Assembly (NCBI GenBank): GCA_030295235.1
Contig: AP026125.1
Span: forward strand, 434,001 to 498,000
DNA: 64,000 nucleotides
Reading direction: 5' to 3'
From: Fistulifera solaris
Taxonomy: Eukaryota
Position 1 is the first letter of the stretch; each line of letters starts with the position of its first letter. The notes beneath the pieces were generated by a model that worked only from the letters and a program-made list of their open reading frames with translations, searched no databases and was not told the origin of the DNA. Both the position numbers and the translations under genes were made by a program. Shown here piece by piece: positions 27,074 to 40,600 of the stretch.

Positions 27074-28702
27074 GAAAGGAACTTGACAATTTTATGAGCG
27101 CATAAAAAACACAAGGGAACTTCGGAGTAGAAAGTGTCTACGTTCAGTTCCTACCAGATTCCTACTGCACGTTAGATTCGGTACACCTTCTACATACATT
27201 GAACGCCAGAGTGAAGGTCGTGCCGTCGTGCCACTTCAATGAAGTCCGAAGAACCGTTTCGAACAATTTCGCAGATAGTGCTAACCGTAGCGGTTACGCC
27301 GCAACCGGGTTCCATTTACAGTGTGGCTAAAAGTACAAATACTTTGATAAAGGAAGTAGGAATTAACAGTCCATGTAAAATTCCTATTGCCGTTTTGTAC
27401 TTGTTTGTTACTGACACTATCCCTCGTGTTATGAGTGTGAGGAGTATATGTCGTAAAGTACTTCACCGTAGTTGGAAAGTCCTAAAAACGCTTCTGACGT
27501 GACGCTTGTATGCATCATAGAACATCGCTGATTTGCTTTTACTCCGAGTCTTTCCGAAAATCATCTTGAACATTGAACTTGAAGGTGACCAGTGAAAAGG
27601 TCTCAGTACCGGTATGAGTCAAGACAATTCCCACGTGTTTTCACGTTTTAGTACAACTCCAAACTCGATTCCCACATTGCATGCGCACAGTTCACCACGT
27701 CATTCCATGTTCAAGTGACTGAAGCAAAAAATAAGCATCTCTCTTCTCTCTTCTCTCTAGCTTGTACAGTCTCTAGCTTCGCTGAGATCGGTAGTTTTAG
27801 TTCCTAAAGTCACCATTTGATGGAGTCCTGAGATCTGAGATCTGCATCATGATCATGAACATTGTCGGGGATGATCACGGTTTGTTGTTGAACTTGATCG
27901 AAGACTTCGCTCTAGCAAGGACCTGAGGAAACGGTTCTTGGTTCTTGCTCAATAGCTCTCTAGCATGCAGAATTGATGATGAAATAGTGCAAAACATTGA
28001 TACAAAGAGGATAGGGATAAAGAATCGTCGAATGTTTGCTTCGAATAGACTAAAGCTCTAGAATAATAACTTACTTTCATAAGGTAACCTATCCAGATGT
28101 CTGTCTCCGCTACATCTTACGTCGTCTCAGGCATGTGCTGTACCTTGCGCGCAAGTCAAAAACAAAGCTGTGTGATTGATTTATTAATAGCCATTCGTCT
28201 AGTCTCTCTAGTCTTTCTTGAATTCCCTTGTGTTCCGATTCCGGATTGTGGGCTTTGCGGATGCGGATTGCGGATTGTAATGCTATGAAAGTCTGCCCTT
28301 TTGTCCGTCAAGGGCAGCATACGTCGTACTGTACGTCGTCTGTTTACCGCCTTGCCTTTGCGCTTGGCGCTCCGCATTCATTCATTACAGTCGCCAAGTA
28401 CCGGTATTTTGGAGTGTTTGTGATTCCGGATTCTATGCGCTGCGACATGTCAAGCGTCTGTAGTATAAAATAAAAATGTAGGCGGTAATACCGCATCGTG
28501 GACCGTGACCGTGGAGTTGGAGTGGATCGTGTCTGTCGCCTTTTTCGTCCTCGCGTGGGAGTCTCGTGTGCGCGTCTTTTTTTGTTGCAAGGCAATTTCA
28601 GCACCAGGCCGCATTGACAAGAAATGCCATCGGGTATGATGTATTGCTAGTCCCTTACTCAACCCTTGTCAAGCTTAATAAGTTCTATAGATCCTGGAAA
28701 TC

Positions 28703-31700
28703 ATGAGTCCTCGAGAGGGAGCCGAAGAGCTCAAGAAGACGACCAAGCTTTCGCAAATGCAATCCGAGCTTGGTCGTCGTCTGGTGGAGTACTTCGTCAT
28801 CGTATCGAGCATTGAAAGGAAGCCTGATGCCAAAATTGATAAAAACAATTCCAACGATTTATCGTTTTCGGACTGGAGAACGGAAAGCATGGAGGACGAG
28901 TTCGCTAGTGTGCAGTTTCGACCTACCGTGACCGCACGCTATCCTTTGTTCGATCATCACGATAATCCTTTGCATGAGAACTTAACGTTCTTTTGCCACC
29001 CCTCCGGAAGTATTCAAGTTGAAAAGGAAGAAAAGATGCCCAAGGTAAGGATATTCTGTCTTTCATTGTTGTAAACATGCGGGCGTGATCTTACTTGAGC
29101 ATTTCAGGTTCATTATTTTGTGGCTACCGGCGGCAAGGGACAGCAAGTATACGGAACCTGCTTGACCCTTTGGGAGGCATATAAACTTAAGCAAAAACTT
29201 AAGAACGGAGCCACGAAAGAGTCTCAGGTCTATATTCCGAAATGCGTCGTTCTTTTGTCGACCTACCCTTACCTCGCTGCCTTTCGGGAGTACTTGACAC
29301 AGCTCGAACGTCTTTCCAAGGCAGGAGAAATGACGGTTCCGATTGAGCGCTACATCACTAACTTTTGTTCCGAAGTGCCAGCTCCGCCTCCTGGTTCTTT
29401 TGAAGTACAAACAACAATGGGAGACTCGGTAATCAAGATTTGGTCTCCGCCGAACAACGTGCCAATCGCATGGGTATCTTTGCCATTTTCGTACCTATTC
29501 GAATGTCTGGATGTCGAAAATGTCATTTTGGTTTGGCATTGCTTGGTGCTGGAACGACAAGTGCTGATCACCTCGACACAGCATTCTCTCTTGACGATTG
29601 CTTCGGAGATTTTCTTGTCGCTGCTCTTTCCTATGCGTTGGTCGCACGCTTATATTCCCGTTTTACCGCATTTTCTGATTCCCATCTTGTCGGCGCCCAT
29701 GCCGTTCTTGTGTGGTATTCACAAAGCAAATTTAGCGGATGCACTTTTCGATTTGAGTCGAGATTGCGTCTTGGTCGATTTGGATCGAAACCTTGTAACG
29801 CTTGGTCCGGACACGGCTCCGCTGCCTCCGCTGCCTCCGGTTCAGGCGGAAACTTTACGCAGGGAGCTTGATCAGAATGTTGGTATGATATTTCGCGAAG
29901 CGCGTTCTTTGCGCAAGACGGATGACTACTCCGAAAACGGCCTCCACTTACCAAATCATATCAAATTGATGGCTGAAGATATGTGGGAAGCCAAGCTTTC
30001 CCTATTTGACGAAGCGTTCAACCTCGTCTTCACACCCGATCAGATTCGCAAGAATATTTTGAACGGCAACGATGCATCAGGACTGGATATCTCCGAAAGC
30101 GATCGCATCAATCTGGGCATTGATAAGCAGCAGTTAAAAAGAAAGCAGTCCGTTTGGGATGCTGTACAGGAGGCATTTCTCGACACACATGTCTATTTGT
30201 TACGAAATTACAGAAAGTATTTAGTCTTTCCGTCCAAGCACAACGAAGGATCGTACGGCGGAGCCGGCTTTCGTTCCAAGGAGTTCATTGAAAATCAGCG
30301 TTATGATATGCGAGAGTTTTTGAACCAGTTCATCGGCACTCAGATGTTTGATAATTTTATCACCAAGAGACTTTATGGAAGCGGCGAGGCGGATGTTGCT
30401 TTCTTTGACATGGCCGTCGATCGATTCTTGAAGAATGCAGGTATTTTCTCGGATGTTGACATCCGCAGCCGCATATCAAGCAGCCTCAGAAGAAATACGA
30501 GTAAAGATGAACCACTCATTCAGAGCTCTCGTGTACATCGCAAGTTGAAAACCATTGTACCGCCTGAGCCTTCCTCGGAAGGCCTACAGCACCAGGTCAA
30601 GCAGCAGATGACAGTTCTGAACCAAATGACGATGGAAGTGTTCAATCATCCGGTAGTAGTCGAAAGGAGAAAACAATGTCGGCACTGACTCGAATTCAGG
30701 AAAAGGCTGCCGAGATATATGAACGTAAGAAGCTGCCTAAATATACTTACGATACCTTCCCGTCCGAGTTAAAGGAAGATCTTTTCGGAGAACCTCGTCC
30801 ATTACCAGCAGCAGTAATTGCGGAATTTGACCGTCAGCGAAAGGATGCCGCCCGGTTCAAGCGAAAAGGTGTTAAAACTCCGAAAGACGCAAAACAGCAC
30901 ATTCATCGAGCTCACGCAACTGTTGATCCGATAGCCCCTCCTTCGCCAGAAGAAGCGACTTTTACGGTCTTTTTCATGGCGTTCACTGCCCTTGCGGGTA
31001 AAGAGTTGGTCGAAATAGCCAGCAAGAAGGAGTCCAATGATCGCACCATTTTGTCAACTTATGTATCCACTACGTCAGCAACGGATGACGAGACGGTAGC
31101 AACTGATAGCGATGCAGGAGATAATGAAATTGATAAGGTCGATGAGAAGGAGAAAGAAGCTGTCGCTGAAATGAAAACATCCCGGCCAAATATGGGCGGC
31201 ATGTTCGGAGACGATGAGGACGAGAATACTCCTCAAAAAGCTATTGTTTCGGACGATGACGAGAGTGTAAATGAAAAAGACAAGGAAGAAACCAATGAAT
31301 CCGATAACGAGGATGACACTTTCAAGACACCGGAACAAGAAAACGGCACGGAAAGTCCAACCAGCACTGTTATCACAACTGAAACGCAGCCAAAACAACG
31401 ATTTCGTGATAAGCTGTCTGATCTTGAAATCGAGGAAGCAAAAGCGGCCGGTCGTGGCTTGTTAAGACTTGCTTTTGAAATGCTGACAATGATGAAACGA
31501 CGAGGGCTGAAGGCTGACCCAGAAGCATACCAGTGCTTGATTGATGCTTGCGGCCGCGTTGGAGACACAAAGAGAGCAACAGAACTGCTCGGGAAAATGC
31601 ACGAAGATGGTATTGTTGCCGACGGAACTGTTTATGCCTGTCTAGTTTCAGCATTCTCTGCCGACAGCGCTTGGAAAGACAGTGCAAAGGAAGAAGAACT

Positions 31701-32427
31701 CCCAGAATGGGCAAACAGTACGGCAGTGGAGATGGATTGGAACAAGCTCCAAAAGCGATCGATTCTTGACACGATCATTAGCCAGGTTGTTGATTTAGAG
31801 GACGAAGTTGAGGATGAAGAAGAGGAAGGTCAGTCCACTTATCAAAAGCTCAAAAAACGCATTCAAGCCCGCGTACGAAAACAACAAGAGGCGAAGGAGG
31901 ATGGCAGGTTGGAATTCTTTGTCACGGAACCTGTGGAACGGCAGATTACGCTGGGAGAGAACTTATTGGAAATTGTGTTCCCCGATATTTCGGTAGACAC
32001 GGAGAATGAGGTGTGCGGTCGATGCAACTTTGAGCTCACGGACGACGATGTCGTGGAAGGGTGGAAGGCTGGAGACAGTAATGACTATACAACGATGTGT
32101 CCCAACTGCAAGCAGCGTTTTGTCCCTCATTTTAACGTGCAGTGCTCGTCTCCTTCGTTTGTGGGATCTCGGGGGCCAGCGTCACCGCTGGTCTGCGAGC
32201 GACTGAGCCCGTGGGTCTTACAGAAGGAAATTCGGAGTGTGATGAGTGATGAAGACGGGATTTCAAACATTCAGAGCCCCACTTGGAGAGAAAAGGAATA
32301 CAAAAACGCCAGTCTGTGGTGGAATCTCATTCTTTCTTTCATGCGCTATCGGTTGCCTTTCACCTTCTTACTCCAAGGCAGTTTCGAGCAGAGCTTGATT
32401 GCGCCTTTGCCAGATGATGATCAATAA
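28703..32427 (+). CDS. DENN-domain Rab GEF, DENND4/CRAG-like (uDENN-DENN-dDENN, PPR-like helices, Cys-rich C-terminus)
   Basis: RLVEYFVIV, YGTCL, LERQV..S, WSHAYIPVLP, APMPFLCG, TQMF..FI, AYQCLIDACGR, CGRC..GW..DSNDYTTMCPNC. Intron 29045-29107; frameshift near 30590. Confidence 0.85.
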
Positions 32428-32756
32428 AATTGTCATTATTACCTCAAATAGATGCGCTACGTACAATTCATTTTTTGATTACCGAAGTAGTTACAGACAC
32501 TTAATAACTCTGGCCGCAAGCTAAAGTAGGACGGACTTCACATTCTGTTCCGGGATTGAAATTCGATTGAGTCGTCATTGCGGAGCAGCCGAGACTACTA
32601 TTAGCAGGATACTCCGAAGATGATTAGTACGTCTGGACGTCGTCACTCACGAAGAAGATGCGATGAAAAGAATGCGATAAAAGATGTCGCATTTACATGA
32701 TTCTTAGCTAGTCTTCATCTGTCTTGTTCTTGTTAGCACCATAACCACACTCAATA

Positions 32757-33771
32757 ATGGCGTCTTGTCGAATAGGAACCTTTGTTGCGGGTCAGGTAGG
32801 ACTGCCTTTTCGCCGCTCTTCGCTATTGTCGCGACACCGCATCCATGCGACGAAACTAGCCAATCGACCACTTTCTTCACGAACCGCCACTGGTTCCGGT
32901 CTGCGCCGGCGGCGTGTGTATCAAAGTCAGATCAAAGAACCGATCTACGGATCTTTTCGTAAGGATGATTCGTTTGGAAATCTGTCGGAGCCGTACCAAT
33001 TCAAGGAAGACGATCTCGAAACGTATTTGCAAAAGGCATCCTTGAGTCCCTGGGTGCCTCTGCCGGATGCCGTGGCTCGCAAAGTGTTTGATTTGGCTAA
33101 AGTAACATCTCAAGATAAGCATGTCGATCTGGGTTCTGGTGACGGACGCGTTTGCTTCCATGCGTTGCAATTTGGCGTAGCCTCGTCGATCGGGATTGAC
33201 ATTGACGAAGGCATTGTGGATGCGGCGAAGGAGCGACTGGCCAAACGCCATCCTGCTCCGGAAAATTTGGCGTTCTTGGTGGCGGATTTACTGGATGATA
33301 CGGAACCTGCTTGGAAACATGTACAAGAAGCTACTATCATTACTATGTATTTTGCCACGGAAGCTTTGGAACTCTTCCGACCATTGTTGGAACGAAAGTT
33401 GGCAGGACGTCGATGTAAAATCATTACTAGTGGATACGAAATGCCGGGATGGAATTCAGTCATGCAGGAAGTGGTTTTGGGCACTCAAATTCATTTGTAC
33501 GATTGGGGAAATACCGAGGAGACTGGCTTTGACGACGACTTTTTTATTCCATGGTCCCGATATTCTCGCTGATAAGCCAAAAGAACTAGCGGATGACCAT
33601 CAAAAGGAGAAGATAAACGGCCAAACTGTCATTGATCGCACCGGTCAACAAGCGATACGCGGCTTTAATCCGGGCTTATTTCAAACCGACGAAGAAGAAG
33701 ATGACGATGAAGATTCGTTGTGGAGCGAGAGTCTCGATAATGAAAGTGATAAGGAAGTTAGGGACGTATAA
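32757..33771 (+). CDS. Class I SAM-dependent methyltransferase (FAM173-like) with mitochondrial-type presequence
   Basis: Arg/Ser-rich leader; SPWVP, HVDLGSGDGRV, GIDID, ITMYF, YEMPGW. Acidic tail after a shift at the T-run near 33543. Confidence 0.75.
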
Positions 33772-33867
33772 GTAAGGACTTGTTAATAAATTATAAGAAG
33801 CTGAATTGCGCCATCACGATTCACGATTGTTTGCGTTGAAAAGCTCCCAGTCCTTCACAGGCGGCGT

Positions 33868-34140
33868 ACTATAGCCCAAGCTGTAAGCGATATTTTCCAT
33901 GACTGCATTTCAGTCACGATCGAAATACGGAAAACTAATATAATGGCAACAAATCATACCAGAAATGAACGTAGAAGTTGTTCTTGAACATCTTATGGCG
34001 ACCAATGTGTCGTTGCTAACTAAGAACTGATTGAAATGTGATATTCTTGATTATTTGCGTAGAAGGTGTACTATAGTCCCAAAGTGTAGTCCGTTTCTCG
34101 CCGTGACCGGATGTGTGGTGTCGTGAGTCACGATCGCAAT
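33868..34140 (+). repeat. Intergenic repeat family, locus 1 (two diverged units, 202-bp period)
   Basis: 33868 actatagcccaagctgta..ttttccatGACTGcatttCAGTCacgatcgaaat; 34070 actatagtcccaaagtgtagtccgtttctcgcc..gagtcacgatcgcaat. Confidence 0.7.
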
Positions 34141-34430
34141 TTTTGGCGGACGAAAAATTATTTGAGATGGCGCGCCACAGCGCAATCCTCCGCACTGGGA
34201 AACCGGCGCAGGTTTGTCGCTTTACTACTAACTGTGGTACAGTGATTCAGAAATCGGAGTTTCTGAAAGAAAGAAAAAACAATATTTGTGCCAAAAGAGA
34301 AAAACCAGTGGAAAATTCAGTCAAATGTCGAAAAAGCATCCGCATTTCAGGAAAATTAGGAATAAATATTTGATATAACCTTGAAACTTGACAGAAAACA
34401 GCCCTTAACTTGCAATTTTCTTATCGAACA

Positions 34431-35485
34431 ATGGTCCATTCCCCACAATCGATTCCTTTGACACTTCCTGCTCGATTTCCGACTACTAACAGAGCCCCAG
34501 CTTTTGTGGAATTGGGCCAAATAGGGGAATGGCTGCTGTCGTTCACTGACCGAGACCAAATAGAGCTGCTCCGATATACGCGTGAATTTAGTGATTTTCT
34601 TGACGCTGCTAGTCGCTTGAAGAGAGCTCAACGACTTATTACACAAAATCAGAATGACGCATCGGGAGCGGAAGACTGTTTGGCTTACTCGAAAAGTTCC
34701 TTTCTTCAGAACATTTTATCCGACGAAGCTGTGTCATGTGTATTGGATTGCTTGGAGAGTTATTCTCTGACGCAGATAGCAACAACCTGCACACGTCTAC
34801 GTGACTTGGTATATCAGAATGCCAAGTTGTCGGTGTAAACAAATCGAACGCGAACGTCAAGTAACGGATGTCATTCGTCTACTTTGTGCGAAAGAACAAA
34901 TGGAAGGCTTGTATTCTAACGGAACGGCTCCCAGCGTGAGGATACCCATGCTCTTGCCGGGAAGAAAAGTCTTGGTCACGGAAGCAGGCGATCCTGAATA
35001 TAATGGAGTCTATTTCTGCACGGGGTGTAACGGCAATGGCTTTGTGTTTACCAAGCCACGCTATCCGCTTGCGACAAGAATTGCACGATATTCGGACCGA
35101 GAAAAAGAACCGACGAGCTGCAACGCCCCGTACCTGAACTGCATTTTTGCGAGACGTTTTTCGGGACAGGTACGAAATTACGTTCGATGATTGCAGATCA
35201 ATGACGGTAGAGTCCTCCCCTCACGACACTTTCACGCAGGAACTCTTGTGGTATTTGTCGAAGGAAGTGTACCAAATTGCTGACGACGAAACGCAAGTTT
35301 TTGAAAACGACCTGATTGAGAGCTTTTCGTTTTGGGCGCCTCTTCCTACGACAGAATCAACCACACCACACTTGAATTCCTATCCCAACCAGTCCTCGAC
35401 AATACGACAAGCAGGTCAGCAAACGTGGCAATGTCTTCAAACGACAACTCACCTGGAACCACCCATTGTAGAAGTAGTCGATTAG
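34431..35485 (+). CDS. Protein of unknown function with F-box-like segment
   Basis: NILSDEAVSCVLDCLESYSLTQIATTCTRLRDL. Frameshift near 34830; intron 35170-35239. Confidence 0.55.
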
Positions 35486-35545
35486 ATCCAAATTATGAAG
35501 GTGCGTTATAGATTATGATTACCTTTTATGAGCATATCGTGTCGA

Positions 35546-36967
35546 TCAGCAAAACTGCTGTACAATGAGAACCAGAGAAAGGACGAATATGGATGGCAGG
35601 GATCTTGATCCTGTCGAAACATCCGATTCGTTCAATGGAGCACTTTGTACAGAATTGCCGGGTTGTTCGATTATGGATATTGTTGTGTCGTCTTTGCTTT
35701 CATTATGAGATTCTGTTAGAACTGTTTCAACCTCGGGAACGTCGTTATCGATGGGTGCGGTATTTACAGGCGAGTTTGTAGCAACTTTTGTGTCCACGGA
35801 AGCAACAGGACTAGATGTTGCTGACACAACCGGAGAGGCTGTTGGGACAGAGGCTGCTAGCGCATTTGGAGAGGTTGTCGGACTAGACGTTGCTCGCGTG
35901 ATTGTCGGGCTGGATGTTGCTTTTGTTGTCGGAGAGACTGTCGGACTGGCTGTGTATTCAGTGACGGACGAGTCGATAAGGTTCGTCGTCTCTTGGACTG
36001 CTGGAGCGGCTGTTGATGGTGGAGAATTGATGCGGTTCGTCAACGCTTGCATGATAGATGAAGAACCGGGAGACTCCTCTGACTCGACGGAAGAAATTTC
36101 GGGTTCCGCCGCTTCCACTGGAGCGGTCGGCAAAATAGTGATTTCGGCGCAGTTGAAAAATTGCTCGGGCTTTAAAAACCCTCTGGATCCGTCGAGGGGA
36201 AGCGGATAATTACAAACTGTCAACATGCTATTCCAATATTCTTCGGGAAGGATTTCATTGTCGGAATTGCCTCCTCTAAAATAGTCGTGGTAATCCGCAG
36301 GATTGCACGAATTTGCGCTAATATATCGCCACTATTGCATAAATGTTATTGAGAATTGGTTGTGTTTGCATTGGAAAAACAGCGTTAATCGGTACCAACT
36401 TACCTGTAAAAGAACATTTTCTCCCGAGACATTGTCGGGTAATTTGAAATCCATCGAGAATTCTTCTCCCAAGGAAAGGTATCCACGTTCCGGATGTTTC
36501 GGATCCGCCGGCATGCCGTGCGCAATATCCTGAACAAACGTGAGACGATGCTGATCGAAGCATTCTTGCGTGGACGCTCGGCCGTCCGGGCAGGCACTGA
36601 TTTCGATGTGCCCCAAATGATGCGCTTTGATGATGGTATGGATTCGCACGATCCCTCCTTGCTCGTACGTTGCTTGAGAATTCCACGGCATCGGTGACCC
36701 GGTGGAATCGAGCCAGTCATCGTAGTTGTGGTCATGAATGGAAAGACCACAAACACCGGCATTGCGGGTCAAGCACGCGTGACAGTATTCGACGTACGGT
36801 ACTCCGGGAATGGGTGCCTTCTTTTCGCCGAGACCATCTTCATGGGCCACAAAGTTTCGACTGCGAGGCGAAGCTAGGTATCCATGTGCTCTTGTTTGAT
36901 GAATCAAGAGGGATAGAGAAAGAAAGAAGGAAAATAGCGACTGATGGTTATTCATGTCGAGCAGCAT
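35546..36967 (-). CDS. Secreted copper lytic polysaccharide monooxygenase (AA15/AA10-type) with S/T/P linker and probable GPI-anchor signal
   Basis: Signal peptide then mature His1 (TRA|HGYLASPRSRN), second His in KAHHLGH, LLQ|WRYISAN (intron 36332-36403), EQFFNCAEI, hydrophobic C-terminus. Confidence 0.85.
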
Positions 36968-37667
36968 TGTCGGAATGTATTCTTTTTTTGTGAAATGAAA
37001 GAATGATGGGAGGAGGGAGTCGCACCTTTTGTTCCAGTAAGATGTCGGAGGGATAAAAAGTTCCATAAATGACTCCCAGTACTAAAAAGGAGCCCAATGA
37101 CTTTCGGTCGATGACGTGCGTAGTATTGTGTGATGACTTTTGGTCATTTACTCGAGAAGGGCCTTTTCTTTTATTTATGCCCTAAAGGATGGGGTTAAAC
37201 TGCTTAGGGTTCTCAGCGACATTTCACTCGTAATGAATTTTCCAAACCACGATCCGTCAACATCGCCCGATCCGTCAAACCTCAGTAGTATAGGCTAAAT
37301 TGTACCTCGTGGTTGACTGACATGTGGGACTCCCTTTGACTTATAGGGCCACAGGCCCTAAGCCCTTCAACGTTCAACATGATACCACTCATGTACGAGG
37401 AGTCGAGGAGTCACGAACCTAGAGCGTCTGTTCCTGTCCGTGGTAAAGCAGAAGAACGAGCGACGAGCGACTGCAAGACGCAAAAATCCGACGAAGCGAA
37501 ACAACAACGGTACAACGGTCCCTGCGTTGGAAAAAGGACGCAAAAGACACTTGACACCATTCACCTCCTTCTCTGACATCTTGCATGCTTTGAGAGGATA
37601 CGAAGAAACTTTTTAGAAAGTTAAGGATTCTAGTTGGTGGTTATCGAAGTATCGGGAAGTTGACATC

Positions 37668-40600
37668 ATGGGTGTTCCGAAGGTATGCAGATCGTGTTAT
37701 ATCTTTGTGTTGCTTTTCGGTTGCGTCAGGCACCTCTCACGCTCGTGTCTTCTTTATTTTTGTGCAATTAGTTCTACCGCTGGCTTTCGGAGCGATACCC
37801 AAAGATCAATCAGATCATTTCCGATAATGCGCTACTACCTGAATTCGATCATCTGTACTTGGACATGAACGGCATTATTCACGGGTGCACTCATCCGAGT
37901 CACATGGATATTTCCGATGTCCTCAGTGAGCGTGATATGATGCTCGGTATCATGCATTGTAAGTTCCATCGGCTAGTTTAGTGTTGCGTGTTGCGTTTTC
38001 TCTAACTGGCGTACACAGACCTGGATCGTATCATTACGCAAATCGTCAAGCCGAAAGTTTCGGTCTACATGGCCATTGATGGAGTGGCTCCCCGCGCGAA
38101 ACTCAACCAGCAACGCAGTCGTCGTTTCCGCAGTGCCAAAGACACGGCAGAAGCGACCAAAGACTTACCGGCGAGTGAAAAGAACGTCTTTGACTCCAAC
38201 TGCATCACTCCTGGGACCGAGTTCTTGGCCAAAGTCTCGGAGCATATCCAGTACTTCATTCGCAAGAAGTTAAAAGAGGATCCTTTGTGGCATGGACTCA
38301 CCGTGATCTTTTCCGGACACGACATTCCGGGTGAGGGTGAACACAAAATTATGCAGCACATTCGTGAATTGCGCAGTCAACCGGGGTATCAGCCCAACAA
38401 TCGGCACTGTATTTACGGGCAGGTAAGAAGAAGTCCGTGTATGTTTCCTTCAGCGACGGAAAAAGTTCTTATACTTCACCCCATCAGGATGCTGATTTGA
38501 TTATGCTTTCGCTGATTACGCACGAACCGCATTTCACGATTCTGCGTGAAGTGATTGACTTTAACTTTTGTCGACAACAGCAGAATACTCTCAAAGCAGT
38601 GAAGAAATTCACCAAGGAATCCGATTTCCAGTTACTGCACGTGTCGATCTTGAGAGAGTACTTGCACATCGAGTTTTGTCATGAACATCCTCAGTATGAT
38701 TTAGAACGCACGATTGATGACTTTGTCTTTATGACGTTCCTGGTGGGAAATGATTTCTTGCCGCACCTTCCGGCTTTGGACATTGGCGATGGTGCTTTTG
38801 ATTTGCTTTTTTCTGTCTACAAAGAGCAACGTGCGGGCTGGGGTGAAGGAAACTACTTGACGGAATCGGGTGATATTAGCGATCCGCATCGTTTGGAAGT
38901 TTTCGTGGAAGCAATTGGTGCCGTCGAAACGGACATTCTGGAGCAGCGAGAAAAGGAGGAAGCGGCATATGCCAAGAAGAAGAGACGGTGGGATAAGCGT
39001 GACGGGAAGGAAGAAGGACCGTCGGATGCTGAATTAGCTGCTGTGGAGTCCGAAAAGCAAAACGGTTATTTGTCCATGATAGAGGCACTTATGCAGCAGC
39101 CAAATTGGTCACCAGAAAACTTCGTCGCGGGGTGGACTCCGGTCACAGAGTCGGGTCAGAAGGACTTTAAAGGTCGTTACTATTTCGAAAAGCTCAAGTT
39201 TACACCACTTGACAAGGAGAAGCATTGGGCTTTGCGTCGCTCGTACATGGAAGGCTTGATGTGGTGTTTGGCGTATTACTACAAAGGGTGTATCAGTTGG
39301 GGTTGGTTCTATCCCTATCATTATGGTGAGTCGATCAGCGTCTGCATTTAGACTAGTGTCTCGACGATAAACTAACACTATGACAGGTCCAATGTTGAGC
39401 GACTTAATAGATATTCCTCGCATGTTTGCGGAAATTGAGTTTGAGCTGGGGGAACCGCTGAAGCCGTTTCAGCAACTCATGGGTTGTCTTCCGCCAGCTT
39501 CGTCCGCTTTGGTTCCAAAACCCTATCGATTTCTCATGCAGTCTCCCGATTCACCCATCATTCAATTCTATCCCTCAGAGTTTGAAGTTGATATGAATGG
39601 TAAAAGTATGTCAAAATCCAATATAAGTCTCAGCGAAGTTACGCATTTCATCTGATCCTTTTCTCGCATTTTCAGAAATCCATGGGAAGGTGTTAATTTG
39701 CTGCCCTTCATCGATATCGCTCTTTTAAAGTCTACTGTTGAAAAGTTCTGTCCTGATAGCAAACTTTCGACAGCAGAGCTGGTTCGGAACTCCATGGGCA
39801 CTATCTATTGTTATAAGCACGATCCCACTTCTATTGAAACTGTTACATCGCCGAACCCGAGCATTGGTTTGCCTGACATTTCGGTTTGTCATTCCACAAT
39901 CAGCGTGATTGAATTCGACGAAGGTCCAAGCACTTCAAAGTTTGAGCCAAAACTAGTCAGCGGAACCCAATTACCGTACCCGGGTTTCCCGTCATTGAAC
40001 GTGCTCCCAATCGCCTCGATTGCTTTGACCAAGGCCGGACTAAATTGTTTCGGTGTTCCTTCTAAGTATCTTAACACAATTCTGCATTTGACAGAACTTC
40101 CGGAACTCGCTCCGATCGAGCAACTGGCGGAAAGCTTGCTAGGGAAATCTGTGTTTGTAAATTGGCCTATGATGCACGAAGCAAAAGTAATTGGCTTGTC
40201 CAGCGAGTCCAGGGAAATCAAGATATTAAACGGAAAGCGCAAAGTGAGTGAATTTGGTAAGGTTGAAGCGGACAAATGGCGCACAGATTCAATGGAAATG
40301 TTGCAGTCCTACCACGTGGGTAATGGCACTCCCGGTTCTGGCGGAGTGTATATCGGTCCGGTTAGATTACGATTGAAAGTGCAGCCGTTGCAGGGCATGA
40401 AAATCAATCCCAACAATGGCTCGAAGAAGAAGTATTTTGGTCAACAAGAAGCTGATGTACCGCTGCAACTATGCCTGTTCCAGGCACCTGCACCTGATCC
40501 TCGCTTTATCGAACGTGGTCCTGCAACGCTCCAGGACCGATTCCCTCTGAACAGCCAGGTTGTGTTGACGAAAGGGAAATATCGAGGGTGTAAAGGAACT

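Noticed and set aside
27074..28702. Short ORFs in the 1.6-kb HSF/DENN divergent intergenic region
   Set aside because: No recognisable motifs or coding-like composition; treated as regulatory DNA.
37251..37278. Direct repeat gatccgtcaa x2 in the LPMO/XRN1 promoter
   Set aside because: Two 10-mers at one locus are too little evidence for a call.
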